Origin: an uncultured archaeon
GTDB lineage: Archaea > Nanohalarchaeota > Nanosalinia > Nanosalinales > Nanohalalkaliarchaeaceae
Reading direction: 5' to 3'
DNA length: 60,846 nucleotides
Assembly (NCBI GenBank): GCA_964617945.1
Contig: CAZTXA010000001.1
Coordinates: 1 to 60,846, forward strand
Below are positions 44,862 to 53,626 of this stretch, piece by piece. Numbering within the stretch: position 1 is the first letter of the stretch; the number at the start of each line of letters is the position of its first letter. The notes beneath the pieces are model-generated. The model worked only from the letters and a program-made list of their open reading frames with translations. It was not told the origin of the DNA and ran no database searches. The position numbers and the translations under genes are program-made.

Positions 44862-46616
44862 ATGAGTCGACAATACGATACCAACCTGCTATCGTTCGGC
44901 CTCATGATGAAGGATCTCCGGGGGGAGAGCCGGGCGCTGGACCAGTACGACGATCCGCTGGAGCAGGCGGCCGAACTCGTCTCGGAGTACGGAGAGGGAG
45001 ATATCGGGGAGCGTGCCGATGAGATATATGAGGACCTGGTGGACCAGGAGGCATACCCGCACGACAGCGATACACTGCAGGACGCGTTCTGGATCGTCCA
45101 CGGACTCACCGTACAGGACCGCGGGCCGGACGAGATCCCGGAACTCGGTTCACAGGCATACGACGAGTTTGTACAGGATGTATTAGATGAGGCAGCGGCC
45201 CTGGGCCCGTCCGACGCGGAGCAGCGCTGGGGGTACCAGGTCAGGGGCGTCGATCTCGGGGCTGTTGAGGCGGTGCTCCGGTATGTCGGTGATACAGAGA
45301 GCGACCTGGAACCGCTCCAGCAGGACATCCAGGATATAGGCGATACTATCCGGGAGCACGAGGGATACGAGGACTGGCTCTATGACACGCTGGACGACCT
45401 TCTCGGCGGCGAGGAACCGCCGACAGGCCCTGATACGGGGGGTGACGGACCGGCTGGCCCCCATGCAGAGGCGACAGGGATCGAAGAGCTGAACCTGTAC
45501 GGCGGCAGCGTCCCTGATGAACTCAGTGATCTTCTCGACGACGATGCCACGATAGCGGTCGAAGACGGCCGGCTTTACATCGAAGGGATACCGGACTCGG
45601 TAGATATCAGCGGGTTTGACGATATCGAATCCCTCCTTGAGGCGCTGGAAGACGCAGATTTTGGCGCTGAAGCCACTGGCGGGGATGCGGCCGCGTCCAA
45701 CGTCGACGTCGACGGAACGGACACGACGCCGATCGGCGAGGGCCTCGCGGCGATAGCCGAGGCACTCAGCGAGGACGAGGACGGAGACGGGGACGACGAT
45801 GGTGACGGTGAGGACGGTCCCGACGTCCGCGAACTGGATGTCGATTTCGACATCGTGACGACAGAGTACGATCCGGCTGGGTGGTGGGACAGGCTCGGAT
45901 ACCGCCTGGGTGGAGAAGAACAGGAAGCATACGTCAAAGTGACAGGCCGGGACAGTGCAGAATATGTCAACGAGTACCTTACAGACCTCGATCAGACCTT
46001 CGATGCGGCCGTGTTCACGGAATATCGGACGCTCGGTGACGACGAAGATTCGGGGGAGAAGATTCCAGACTTCGACAGTATCAAGGAAGAACTCGATGTG
46101 GAACTGGATATGGACCCGGACGAGCGGAAAGTATTCGGGAACTCGATTTTCATGCCGATGGACTTCGTCGGCTCGCGCGCAGCCGGTAACAGGGTCTCGC
46201 TCGATCCGGGAGAATCGCTGTGGGTCGAGGGATGGATAGACGGGGATACACGCGCCGCCGCTGCCGGGTCGCGGTACGACGAGATCGAGATTCCACGGCT
46301 TGCCGGTTCAGGAGATTCGGAAGGGTACTACGACACCTGGAAGGATCTCGCGGTCGACGGTGCGAAGGCCGCCCGTTCGACGATGCACAAGATCGATACG
46401 CACCCGGTTATTGCTGGGAAGAACCCGGGCGTGTGGGGCGAGAACGCGCCGGAAGAGGACGGTACGCCGCCTACCATGGCGCAGCGGTGGGCGCGCAGCA
46501 AGAAGGATGAGCCCCAACAGCTGCGTGCGGCGGCGAATTTCGGGATGGAGCATCTCCTGAGTGGAACTGCTGCCGGTGTTTTGGGCCACGTGATAGGACA
46601 GGGCACCGGGAATTAG
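44862..46616 (+). CDS. hyper-acidic soluble protein (uncharacterised), sharing two motifs with the next gene
   Basis: Start ATG 44862 (the track's TTG 44832 lies on the TATA box). Shared motifs VTGRDSAEYVNEYLTDL...AAVFTEY and AGKNPGVWGEN. Poly-acidic EDEDGDGDDDGDGEDGPD. Confidence 0.6.
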   Translation: MSRQYDTNLLSFGLMMKDLRGESRALDQYDDPLEQAAELVSEYGEGDIGERADEIYEDLVDQEAYPHDSDTLQDAFWIVHGLTVQDRGPDEIPELGSQAYDEFVQDVLDEAAALGPSDAEQRWGYQVRGVDLGAVEAVLRYVGDTESDLEPLQQDIQDIGDTIREHEGYEDWLYDTLDDLLGGEEPPTGPDTGGDGPAGPHAEATGIEELNLYGGSVPDELSDLLDDDATIAVEDGRLYIEGIPDSVDISGFDDIESLLEALEDADFGAEATGGDAAASNVDVDGTDTTPIGEGLAAIAEALSEDEDGDGDDDGDGEDGPDVRELDVDFDIVTTEYDPAGWWDRLGYRLGGEEQEAYVKVTGRDSAEYVNEYLTDLDQTFDAAVFTEYRTLGDDEDSGEKIPDFDSIKEELDVELDMDPDERKVFGNSIFMPMDFVGSRAAGNRVSLDPGESLWVEGWIDGDTRAAAAGSRYDEIEIPRLAGSGDSEGYYDTWKDLAVDGAKAARSTMHKIDTHPVIAGKNPGVWGENAPEEDGTPPTMAQRWARSKKDEPQQLRAAANFGMEHLLSGTAAGVLGHVIGQGTGN

Positions 46617-46709
46617 CAGCGAGCTGCCCAGATTTGGCGGGTTCTACCGGTAATCGCTCAACCCCAAACACAAAACTTTATAAACAATGAATGTAATTGT
46701 TCCTTATAG

Positions 46710-47351
46710 GTGGTAACAAGAATGTCGGATGATGAGATGGATGTCGCGATGAAGATCCTCGAACCGTCGGAAGACGGTCGTATGGGGAAGAATCCGGGAG
46801 TGAAAGACCTTCTTCTCGGTGCAGCCGATGCGATGACTGGCGGTGCCGGAAGGGATACCGAAGTCTACAAGTTCACCGGCGACGATGCAGAACGATACGT
46901 CTCAGAGTACCTCGACCAGTTCGAGGTGGCGGTATACGAACAGACCGGTGAACAGAAGATGCCGGACGGGACAGTTATTCCAGACTACGATCCCGCTCAG
47001 GGCGCGGTGACAACGTTCAATACGGGGAAGGGAGACGTTACAGTCCGGGATTCTAGCAACGTGTACGTCACGCCAGAAACCTCGGTCGGAGATGAGGTCC
47101 AGGGCGGTACGTACGCGGTCCAAGTAACCACGACGGAGGATCCTGATATTGGAGACTACGAGGGTCCTGGCAAGCGGGGGGCCAGTATAGATGTCGGCGA
47201 AGACGGCGTCTCAGGTGTCGTGAAGGAGTTCATCAGCCGCAACGTTTCCGGCGCCAAGGTGTACGACAAGGCGGTCGGGGACGGTGTCGGCGACAACGAC
47301 ATGGGATCCGACCTCAGGCCGATTTATGAACGGTTAGCGGCTGACCGGTAG
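46710..47351 (+). CDS. acidic soluble protein, partial paralogue of the 44862 gene
   Basis: MGKNPGVKDLL and FTGDDAERYVSEYLDQFEVAVYEQ match motifs in the preceding protein. GTG 46710 lies 26-33 nt from TATA TTTATAAA. ATG 46722 is an alternative start. Confidence 0.6.
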   Translation: MVTRMSDDEMDVAMKILEPSEDGRMGKNPGVKDLLLGAADAMTGGAGRDTEVYKFTGDDAERYVSEYLDQFEVAVYEQTGEQKMPDGTVIPDYDPAQGAVTTFNTGKGDVTVRDSSNVYVTPETSVGDEVQGGTYAVQVTTTEDPDIGDYEGPGKRGASIDVGEDGVSGVVKEFISRNVSGAKVYDKAVGDGVGDNDMGSDLRPIYERLAADR

Positions 47352-47396
47352 AGAATCTCTCAAGGTTTAAATAGAGGTAGGAGTAAATCGGTCTGT

Positions 47397-48266
47397 ATGG
47401 GCGTCTCCGGACGTAGGAACGTGGCGAAGGCGGCGGCGGTAACGGCGGTCACTGCCTCGTTTTCCGTGCTAGCTGCTGCACAGTACGGTGGCGGGGGCCG
47501 GTTCGCCCAGATGTTAAACACGTATTTCCTCCCGCAGGGGGCGCAGGTAACAGGGCTGTCTGGACTTATTTTCAGCGTCTTCATCCCGTTCGCGATTGTC
47601 GCCATCCTCCTGGTGGCCGGGCTACAGACCATCGAAGTGTTCAACCGGCGCCAGGCATCCCTGCTCGGCGTTCTTATCGCGCTGTTCATCGTCCCCTCTG
47701 GCGGGTACAAGATAATCTCTGAGACGTTACTGGCGTTGTTCGGACTGGGTCAGACAGGTGTTTCCGCGCCCGGCCTTACAGGCACTCCGCTCGATCCACT
47801 CCTCGAGTCCCCGCTGTGGATGGGAATCCTGGCCTACTTCCTCTCTGTCTACGCGCTAAACAACTTCGTGACGGGTGCGGAGACCGGTTTCACCTTACGA
47901 GAGCACCTCGCCGGTGGTACCGTCGCCGTGCTCGTATACGTGGGACTCTCAGGGTCACAGACCTTCCTCATACTTGCGGTGTTCTGGGGGCTCATCCTCA
48001 TATTCGGCTGGAAGATGTTCAAACGCGGGACCGGTATGGGCGGTGGGACCGGGTTCCTCATCGCGATATTCGGTATTTTCCTGCTTGGTATCGGTGTGAC
48101 GCGAATGGAGATCCTCCCTGAGGAAATCCAGGCGATGGGAAGCACCGTGACCGGATATATATCGGGAGCGTTCTGGGTGCTGCTGATATTGGCTGTTGTG
48201 GCCGGGGCGGTAGCACTCGGGGTGAAGGCATATCAGGAAGGCCTGCTTCAAAAACTGATTTCGTAG
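47397..48266 (+). CDS. polytopic membrane protein, member 1 of a four-gene tandem paralogous family (uncharacterised)
   Basis: About 8 TM helices. The N-terminal helix region (LSGLIFSVFIPFAIVAILLVAGLQT) aligns with the family core. TATA TTTAAAT at 47366-47372. Confidence 0.6.
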   Translation: MGVSGRRNVAKAAAVTAVTASFSVLAAAQYGGGGRFAQMLNTYFLPQGAQVTGLSGLIFSVFIPFAIVAILLVAGLQTIEVFNRRQASLLGVLIALFIVPSGGYKIISETLLALFGLGQTGVSAPGLTGTPLDPLLESPLWMGILAYFLSVYALNNFVTGAETGFTLREHLAGGTVAVLVYVGLSGSQTFLILAVFWGLILIFGWKMFKRGTGMGGGTGFLIAIFGIFLLGIGVTRMEILPEEIQAMGSTVTGYISGAFWVLLILAVVAGAVALGVKAYQEGLLQKLIS

Positions 48267-48337
48267 GTGAGGGAGTGAGGTGATACCTGATTGTCAGTGG
48301 GATTGAGGCGTGGATCGGTGTTGCCGAGCGGACAGGA

Positions 48338-48805
48338 GTGTACGGCTACGTACTCCCGTTCCTGGTGACGTTCCTGATCATCTATGGTGTGATGGAGAAG
48401 GTGGAGCCGTTCGGCGGCGGACAGAGCAGGCTACACGCCCTGTTCGCCTCACTCGTCGGCCTGTTCCTGCTCGCATTCGCTCCTGGCGGCGTCATCGGGG
48501 CGTTCTTCTCCAACTTTTTCGGCGCCGTTGCAGTCGTGATGGTCGGGTTAGTGCTGGTGATGGTCGTATACGCGCTCGTATTTGGACAGCCAACTGCGGA
48601 CTCGGCCTTTGTCAAGGGGCTGGGGGTCATCGGTGCGACCGCTGCCGCAGTCCTGTTCCTCATCTGGGGCGGGTTCTCGCTGGTATTCCCGGAGGACGTT
48701 TCGCTATACGGCGGGCTTGGGGGGTACCTTGACGTCGTTGTCGTGCTCGGCCTCCTCGCGCTGCTCGGCTGGGCACTGTTCGGCGGCGGGAACGCGGGAG
48801 AGTAG
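48338..48805 (+). CDS. polytopic membrane protein, family member 2 (start probably upstream at a non-AUG codon)
   Basis: YGYVLPFLVTFLIIYGVMEKV aligns with FFEFGLPILFFMAVYYGLLMKT and FFKYGAPFLLMFALVFGLTTKL. See the finding on 48277-48340. Confidence 0.6.
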   Translation: MYGYVLPFLVTFLIIYGVMEKVEPFGGGQSRLHALFASLVGLFLLAFAPGGVIGAFFSNFFGAVAVVMVGLVLVMVVYALVFGQPTADSAFVKGLGVIGATAAAVLFLIWGGFSLVFPEDVSLYGGLGGYLDVVVVLGLLALLGWALFGGGNAGE

Positions 48806-48869
48806 CGGGAGTAACTACGGCAGCGGAGAAACTTATTTAAACAGGGCGGACGGTAAACGGCAATAGATA

Positions 48870-49502
48870 ATGGATATAACCCAGAAGCTGGTCGGTGCCG
48901 CTGCATCCGGGTTCCTGATGGTGCAGGTCGCTGCAGCCCAGAACCAGGGGACGATCGGCTCCGGCATCCAGTCGCTCTGGGATATCGGGTTCTTCAAGTA
49001 CGGCGCCCCGTTCCTCCTCATGTTCGCCCTTGTATTCGGTCTCACTACCAAGTTATCGATATTCGAGAACGACCAGGTCAGCGCGATCGTCGCAGTGACC
49101 GCGGGACTGTTCGTCGACGCCGCAATCCTGCAGGGATACGTGAGCGGGCCGACACTGGAGGTATTCCTGTTCCAGTTCTTCGGCGCGTTCGCAGTCATCG
49201 CGTCAGGCCTGCTCGTCGTCGTGATGGCGGCCGGGCTCGGAGGATATGAAGGAGAGTGGGCGTTCGGTGATAACGCTAAACGCGCGTTCTTCGTGCTGGG
49301 CGGTCTCGCAGCGGTGACCGCGTTCATCGGCTGGGGCGGCCTCCAGTGGCTTGAAATCTCTGCCGCACAGTCCGAGGTAGGAAACCTCGGCTTCTTCAGT
49401 AATGACCTGTTCATCCTGCTCGTCGTTGTCGTCCTTATCGTCGGTCTCGTCTGGTGGGTGACCGGTGGCGAGGAAGGCGGCGGTGGCGAAGAAGGCGAAT
49501 AG
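48870..49502 (+). CDS. polytopic membrane protein, family member 3
   Basis: SGIQSLWDIGFFKYGAPFLLMFALVFGLTTKLSIFEND. G/E-rich C-terminus. TATA TTTAAA lies 29-34 nt upstream. Confidence 0.6.
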   Translation: MDITQKLVGAAASGFLMVQVAAAQNQGTIGSGIQSLWDIGFFKYGAPFLLMFALVFGLTTKLSIFENDQVSAIVAVTAGLFVDAAILQGYVSGPTLEVFLFQFFGAFAVIASGLLVVVMAAGLGGYEGEWAFGDNAKRAFFVLGGLAAVTAFIGWGGLQWLEISAAQSEVGNLGFFSNDLFILLVVVVLIVGLVWWVTGGEEGGGGEEGE

Positions 49503-49548
49503 AACCGCCACATATAAAAGCAGATAGTATTTAATTCGTTGTAGGACG

Positions 49549-50049
49549 ATGGCAACGCCTGGATTCGAGTTATTGTTCCAGAACCTGCAGTCCATCGGGT
49601 TCTTCGAGTTCGGCCTCCCTATCCTGTTCTTCATGGCCGTGTACTACGGCCTGCTGATGAAGACCGGGACGATCAGCGACGAAGAATCCGTCAACGGGAC
49701 CGCAGCCATCGCACTCGCGTTCCTGACCACGCTCGGTATCTATACGTTCATCCCGTTCAGCATCTTCCCACAGTTCTTCGCCGCACTCGCCGTTCTGGTC
49801 GTCCTCGTCCTCGGCGGTATGATGCTGATGGGGATGCTGGGCGTCGAGGTAGGCGGTGAGATGGACGAGCGGGCGCAGCGGTTGATGGTCATCGGTGTCG
49901 TTGCCCTCCTGATAATCGTCGGCGTCCCACTGTTCGGGTCCATGGACATCGGGTTCGAGCTGACGGACGACTTCATGAATTTCATCCTGACGATCGCCAC
50001 GATCGCGGTCATCGGCTACGTCATCCGGTCGATGGGCGGCGGAGAATAA
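49549..50049 (+). CDS. polytopic membrane protein, family member 4
   Basis: FQNLQSIGFFEFGLPILFFMAVYYGLLMKTGTISDEE. Four to five TM helices. Confidence 0.6.
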   Translation: MATPGFELLFQNLQSIGFFEFGLPILFFMAVYYGLLMKTGTISDEESVNGTAAIALAFLTTLGIYTFIPFSIFPQFFAALAVLVVLVLGGMMLMGMLGVEVGGEMDERAQRLMVIGVVALLIIVGVPLFGSMDIGFELTDDFMNFILTIATIAVIGYVIRSMGGGE

Positions 50050-50050
50050 G

Positions 50051-50809
50051 CTACTCTTCCTGCATCTCCTTGACCAGTGCCGACAGTTCACGCGTATTCT
50101 CGACAAGCGACGGCAGCACCTGTTCGAACGCCTTCTCCATCCCCCCGATCCGGGACTGTGACTCGGCCAGGTAGTCCTCGATCTCCTCCACCTTCTGCAC
50201 GACTTCCTGCTGGTCCTCGTCCTCCCTGATCTCCAGCTCCTCCACACGGTCCTCCAGATCTGCGACCCGGCCCTGCAGGCTATCAAGTTCGCTGTACACG
50301 GTATTGAACTCGTCCTCCACGTCCGTGAAATGCTCGGAGACGATCGTCTCGATCAGCTCTTCCTCCTCCATCGACACGCCCGACGGTTCGCCGAACCCGG
50401 AGTCATCGTCCTCGGGGGGTTCCTCCGGTTCCGCCGGCTCCGGTTCCTGCTGCGGTTGCTGCGGGGCGGGTTGCTCCACCGGTGCAGCGGGTGACTGTTC
50501 CTCCTGGGGGGCAGGTGCCTGCGCGGTGGACTGGCCGCCCGTCGCTCCTGGAGCGGGGGACTGCCCTGTGTTCCGCGGCGCCGCCTGCTGGCCGCCAGAC
50601 TGTCCACGTTCAACGGTCCGTTCCTGGACGGCCTGGTTGATCGCCTCGTTGATCTCACCGTAGGAATACCCGCGGTCCCGCAGCTGTTCCGTTATCTCGC
50701 TCTCCGCGTAGCCGTCGTCGCTTAACCGCCGGACCTCGTCCACGGGCGGCCGGCCACGGCCCTCCGCCTCTCCCTCTTCACCGCCCCGGAACCGGTCGAG
50801 AACACCCAT
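50051..50809 (-). CDS. three-part protein: small helical N-domain, Q/P-rich linker, C-terminal coiled coil (uncharacterised)
   Basis: VDEVRRLSDDGYAESEITEQLRDRGYSYGEINEAINQAV. Linker ...QAPAPQEEQSPAAPVEQPAPQQPQQEPEPAEPEEPPEDDD. Coiled coil LDSLQGRVADLEDRVEELE.... Confidence 0.55.
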   Translation of the reverse strand: MGVLDRFRGGEEGEAEGRGRPPVDEVRRLSDDGYAESEITEQLRDRGYSYGEINEAINQAVQERTVERGQSGGQQAAPRNTGQSPAPGATGGQSTAQAPAPQEEQSPAAPVEQPAPQQPQQEPEPAEPEEPPEDDDSGFGEPSGVSMEEEELIETIVSEHFTDVEDEFNTVYSELDSLQGRVADLEDRVEELEIREDEDQQEVVQKVEEIEDYLAESQSRIGGMEKAFEQVLPSLVENTRELSALVKEMQEE

Positions 50810-51246
50810 TATTCGTCCTCCTCCAGTTCGTCAAGCTTGCGTTCGATCATTCGATTTACCTCGTACTTTGACACGCCGCCGGATCCTTGTTCCTCGAGCA
50901 TATCCTCAACCTCGCTCTCCGTCACGAACGAACTGCTGACGGGGTCCATCAGGTTGAGGTAGTTCTCGATTTCGCTGATTTCCCGTTTTGTCACGGTTTT
51001 ACGGAGGTTGCGCTGCAGGTTCTTGATATCGACCTCGAGGTTGGCCGCCCGGTCCTGCAGGCTTTCAATATTACTTTCAACATCCGAGACCTCGCTATTT
51101 AACGCTTTCGTCCGTTCGAGCAGCGTGTCCTCGACCGTGTTCACCCGTGCGTTGAGGTTCCGGACGTTCTCCTCCAGGTCACGGATCCGCCGGTTGAACT
51201 CCTTCATCCGCTGGACGACCTCGGTCATCGTCTCCTGCTGCGCCAT
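50809..51246 (-). CDS. coiled-coil protein (uncharacterised), first gene of a two-gene operon divergent from the pilus ATPase
   Basis: Start ATG 51246 (MAQQETMTEVVQRMKEFNRRIRDLEENVRNLNARVNTVEDTLLE...). TAATG overlap with the downstream gene. Confidence 0.55.
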   Translation of the reverse strand: MAQQETMTEVVQRMKEFNRRIRDLEENVRNLNARVNTVEDTLLERTKALNSEVSDVESNIESLQDRAANLEVDIKNLQRNLRKTVTKREISEIENYLNLMDPVSSSFVTESEVEDMLEEQGSGGVSKYEVNRMIERKLDELEEDE

Positions 51247-51349
51247 GTGCCACCGTTGTGGAGCCTTACTTATATTGTTCCCACCGCTGTCTCCACGGAA
51301 ACCGGCGCCACGGCAAAAGTATAATAGGTCGGCAGCCGAGAACCGTGGC

Positions 51350-53623
51350 ATGGCGGTCGAGGATCTTGACACGTGGGAGTACGAGTACGACGACGAGTCC
51401 GGGACGATCCGGGTCAACGCGCTGGGAAGCGTGTACGGGCCGTCGGTCGAGGACTATCCCGAAGTGATGGCCCGCGTCATCGATATCTTGCGTGAAGTCG
51501 GTGGGGCGTCCTCCATCGTCCTGTCCGCCTCCCGTGAATACGAGTACCCGGAGGAGCAGACCGAGCTGCTGCAGGAGGTGGCGCAGGCCATCCAGGACAT
51601 CACCCGCGGCGGGTACCTCGCGAAGGAGAACCTGCGGGCGAAGAAATGCGAGAAGTACTACCCGGTGTGGCGGCAGGACCTGCAGGAACTTGTCACCAAC
51701 GACCTCCGGCAGGACCCGGTGGGCGCGTACGTCAAGCTCCGCCGTGAAATCCGGCACAAGAAAGAGGAGATGGAGGACGCGTACCCGGAGACGAAACGGT
51801 GCTACAAGTTCTACATCCATGACATCCTCCAGCCACTGAAACAGCGCCTCGAGGAGACGCAGATGGTGCAGCAGGCGCAGGAGCACGTGACAGGGTACCA
51901 TGTCGGCGACCGTGCGCTCTACAGGGAGATGTTCCACCCGCTGGTCCGGCCGAACTTCATGCTTACCAAGTACATGTCGCTGCCGCCGGAGCAGGGCGAG
52001 GAGATCGACCGGTACACCATCGGGAACGACGTGGAAGTGGAGATATACCGGGTGCCGGACGAGGCCCAGCGCATCTACCACATGACCCCGCCAGAATTCG
52101 ACCTGTCCGAGGAGAAATACACGATACTGGACGCGGCACGCCGGTACATGGGCGAGCACCGGCCGGCATCGGAAGAATTTGCGAAGCCGGAGCGGATGCG
52201 GGACGTGTTCGCCAACATCGGCCGCGACATGCTGGTCGATATCGCGGACCAGATGAACACGTCGCTCTCCTCGGAAGAACTGGACAACCTCACCGACATC
52301 CTGACACGGTACACCGCCGGGCTGGGCGTCCTCGAACTGCTGTTCGCGGATACGCGGATTCAGGACGTGTACGTGAACTCGCCGGTCGGGATGGAACCGG
52401 TATTCATCTTCCATGCGGACTACGAGGAGTGCCGCACCAACCTCGTGCCGACGCGGGAGGACGCGGAGTCGTGGGCGACACGGTTCCGGATACAGAGCGG
52501 GCGGCCGCTGGACGAGGCGAACCCGGTCCTGGATACGGAGATGGAGGTGCCCGGCGGCCGTGCACGTGTGGCGGTGATCCAGGAGAACCTGTCGCCGGAA
52601 GGCCTCGGGTTCGCGTTCCGCCGGCACCGAGACGAGCCGTGGACCTACCCCTTGTTTATCGACAACGACTATTTCAACCCGCTCGCCGCCGCGTTGATGA
52701 GCTTCCTGATCGACGGCGGCCGGACCATGCTCATCTCCGGGACGCGCTCCGCGGGAAAGACCTCGCTGATGGGTGCGTCCCTCCTCGAACTGATGAAGAA
52801 GACACGGCTGGTCACGGTCGAGGACACGCTCGAACTCCCTGTTCCCGCCCTGCAGGACATCGGGTACAACGCGGAGCGGATGAAGAGCCGGTCAGTCATC
52901 ACCCAGGTCGAGTCAGAGCTGCCCGCGGACGAGGCCATCAGGACATCGCTCCGGCTGGGCGATTCCGCACTCGTGCTGGGCGAGGTCCGGAGCGACGAGG
53001 CAAAAGCATTGTACGAGGCGATGCGTATCGGGGCCGTCGCCAACTTTGTCGGCGGTACGATCCACGGCGAGGACGCGTACGCGGTGTTCGACAGGGTGGT
53101 GAACGATCTCGGTGTACCGGCGACCTCGTTCAAGGCGACGGACATCATCGTCTCCGCCAACCGGCTGCGTAGTCCCTCTGGGACAGACCGGTTCCGCCGT
53201 GTGACCGGTATCACCGAGGTCCGGAAGGACTGGACCGAGGACCCGGCGCGGGAGAACGGCTTCGTGGACCTGATGCGGTACGACGCGGAGCAGGATAAAC
53301 TGGTGCCGACCGAGACCCTGCTGAACGGTGAGTCCGTCATCCTCAACAGGATCGCGGACAACGTCCGGGAGTGGAAGAACGACTGGGACGCGGTATGGGA
53401 GAACATCCAGCTCCGGAAACGCGTCAAGCAGCGGCAGGTCGACCTTGCCAGCCACGGCGACCACGTCCTTGAGGCACAGTTCACCTCGAAGGCGAACGAG
53501 AAATTCCATACCATCTCCGACCAGGTGAAGGAGGAGTACGGCGAGCTTGACCCGGAACGCATCTACGCACGGTGGAACGAGTGGGCGGAGCGAACCGCCA
53601 AGCAGGGACTTGAGGAGCGGTAA
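51350..53623 (+). CDS. pilB: type IV pilus/archaellum-superfamily secretion ATPase (PilB/FlaI/GspE family) with a long N-terminal domain
   Basis: Walker A ISGTRSAGKTSL, Asp box VTVEDTLEL, Walker B/His box ALVLGEVRSDEA...GGTIHG. Start ATG 51350. TATA TATAATA at 51320-51326. Confidence 0.85.
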   Translation: MAVEDLDTWEYEYDDESGTIRVNALGSVYGPSVEDYPEVMARVIDILREVGGASSIVLSASREYEYPEEQTELLQEVAQAIQDITRGGYLAKENLRAKKCEKYYPVWRQDLQELVTNDLRQDPVGAYVKLRREIRHKKEEMEDAYPETKRCYKFYIHDILQPLKQRLEETQMVQQAQEHVTGYHVGDRALYREMFHPLVRPNFMLTKYMSLPPEQGEEIDRYTIGNDVEVEIYRVPDEAQRIYHMTPPEFDLSEEKYTILDAARRYMGEHRPASEEFAKPERMRDVFANIGRDMLVDIADQMNTSLSSEELDNLTDILTRYTAGLGVLELLFADTRIQDVYVNSPVGMEPVFIFHADYEECRTNLVPTREDAESWATRFRIQSGRPLDEANPVLDTEMEVPGGRARVAVIQENLSPEGLGFAFRRHRDEPWTYPLFIDNDYFNPLAAALMSFLIDGGRTMLISGTRSAGKTSLMGASLLELMKKTRLVTVEDTLELPVPALQDIGYNAERMKSRSVITQVESELPADEAIRTSLRLGDSALVLGEVRSDEAKALYEAMRIGAVANFVGGTIHGEDAYAVFDRVVNDLGVPATSFKATDIIVSANRLRSPSGTDRFRRVTGITEVRKDWTEDPARENGFVDLMRYDAEQDKLVPTETLLNGESVILNRIADNVREWKNDWDAVWENIQLRKRVKQRQVDLASHGDHVLEAQFTSKANEKFHTISDQVKEEYGELDPERIYARWNEWAERTAKQGLEER

Positions 53624-53626
53624 CCA

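Noticed and set aside
45775-45830. Repetitive GAC/GAG/GGN-rich DNA (also 32878-32940 and 50400-50560) that looks like a tandem repeat
   Set aside because: These stretches encode in-frame poly-acidic or Q/P-rich linkers (EDEDGDGDDDGDGEDG, DDGDAVDVDDGDEGDD, PQQPQQEPEPAEPEEPPEDDD). They are low-complexity coding sequence, not CRISPR or satellite repeats.
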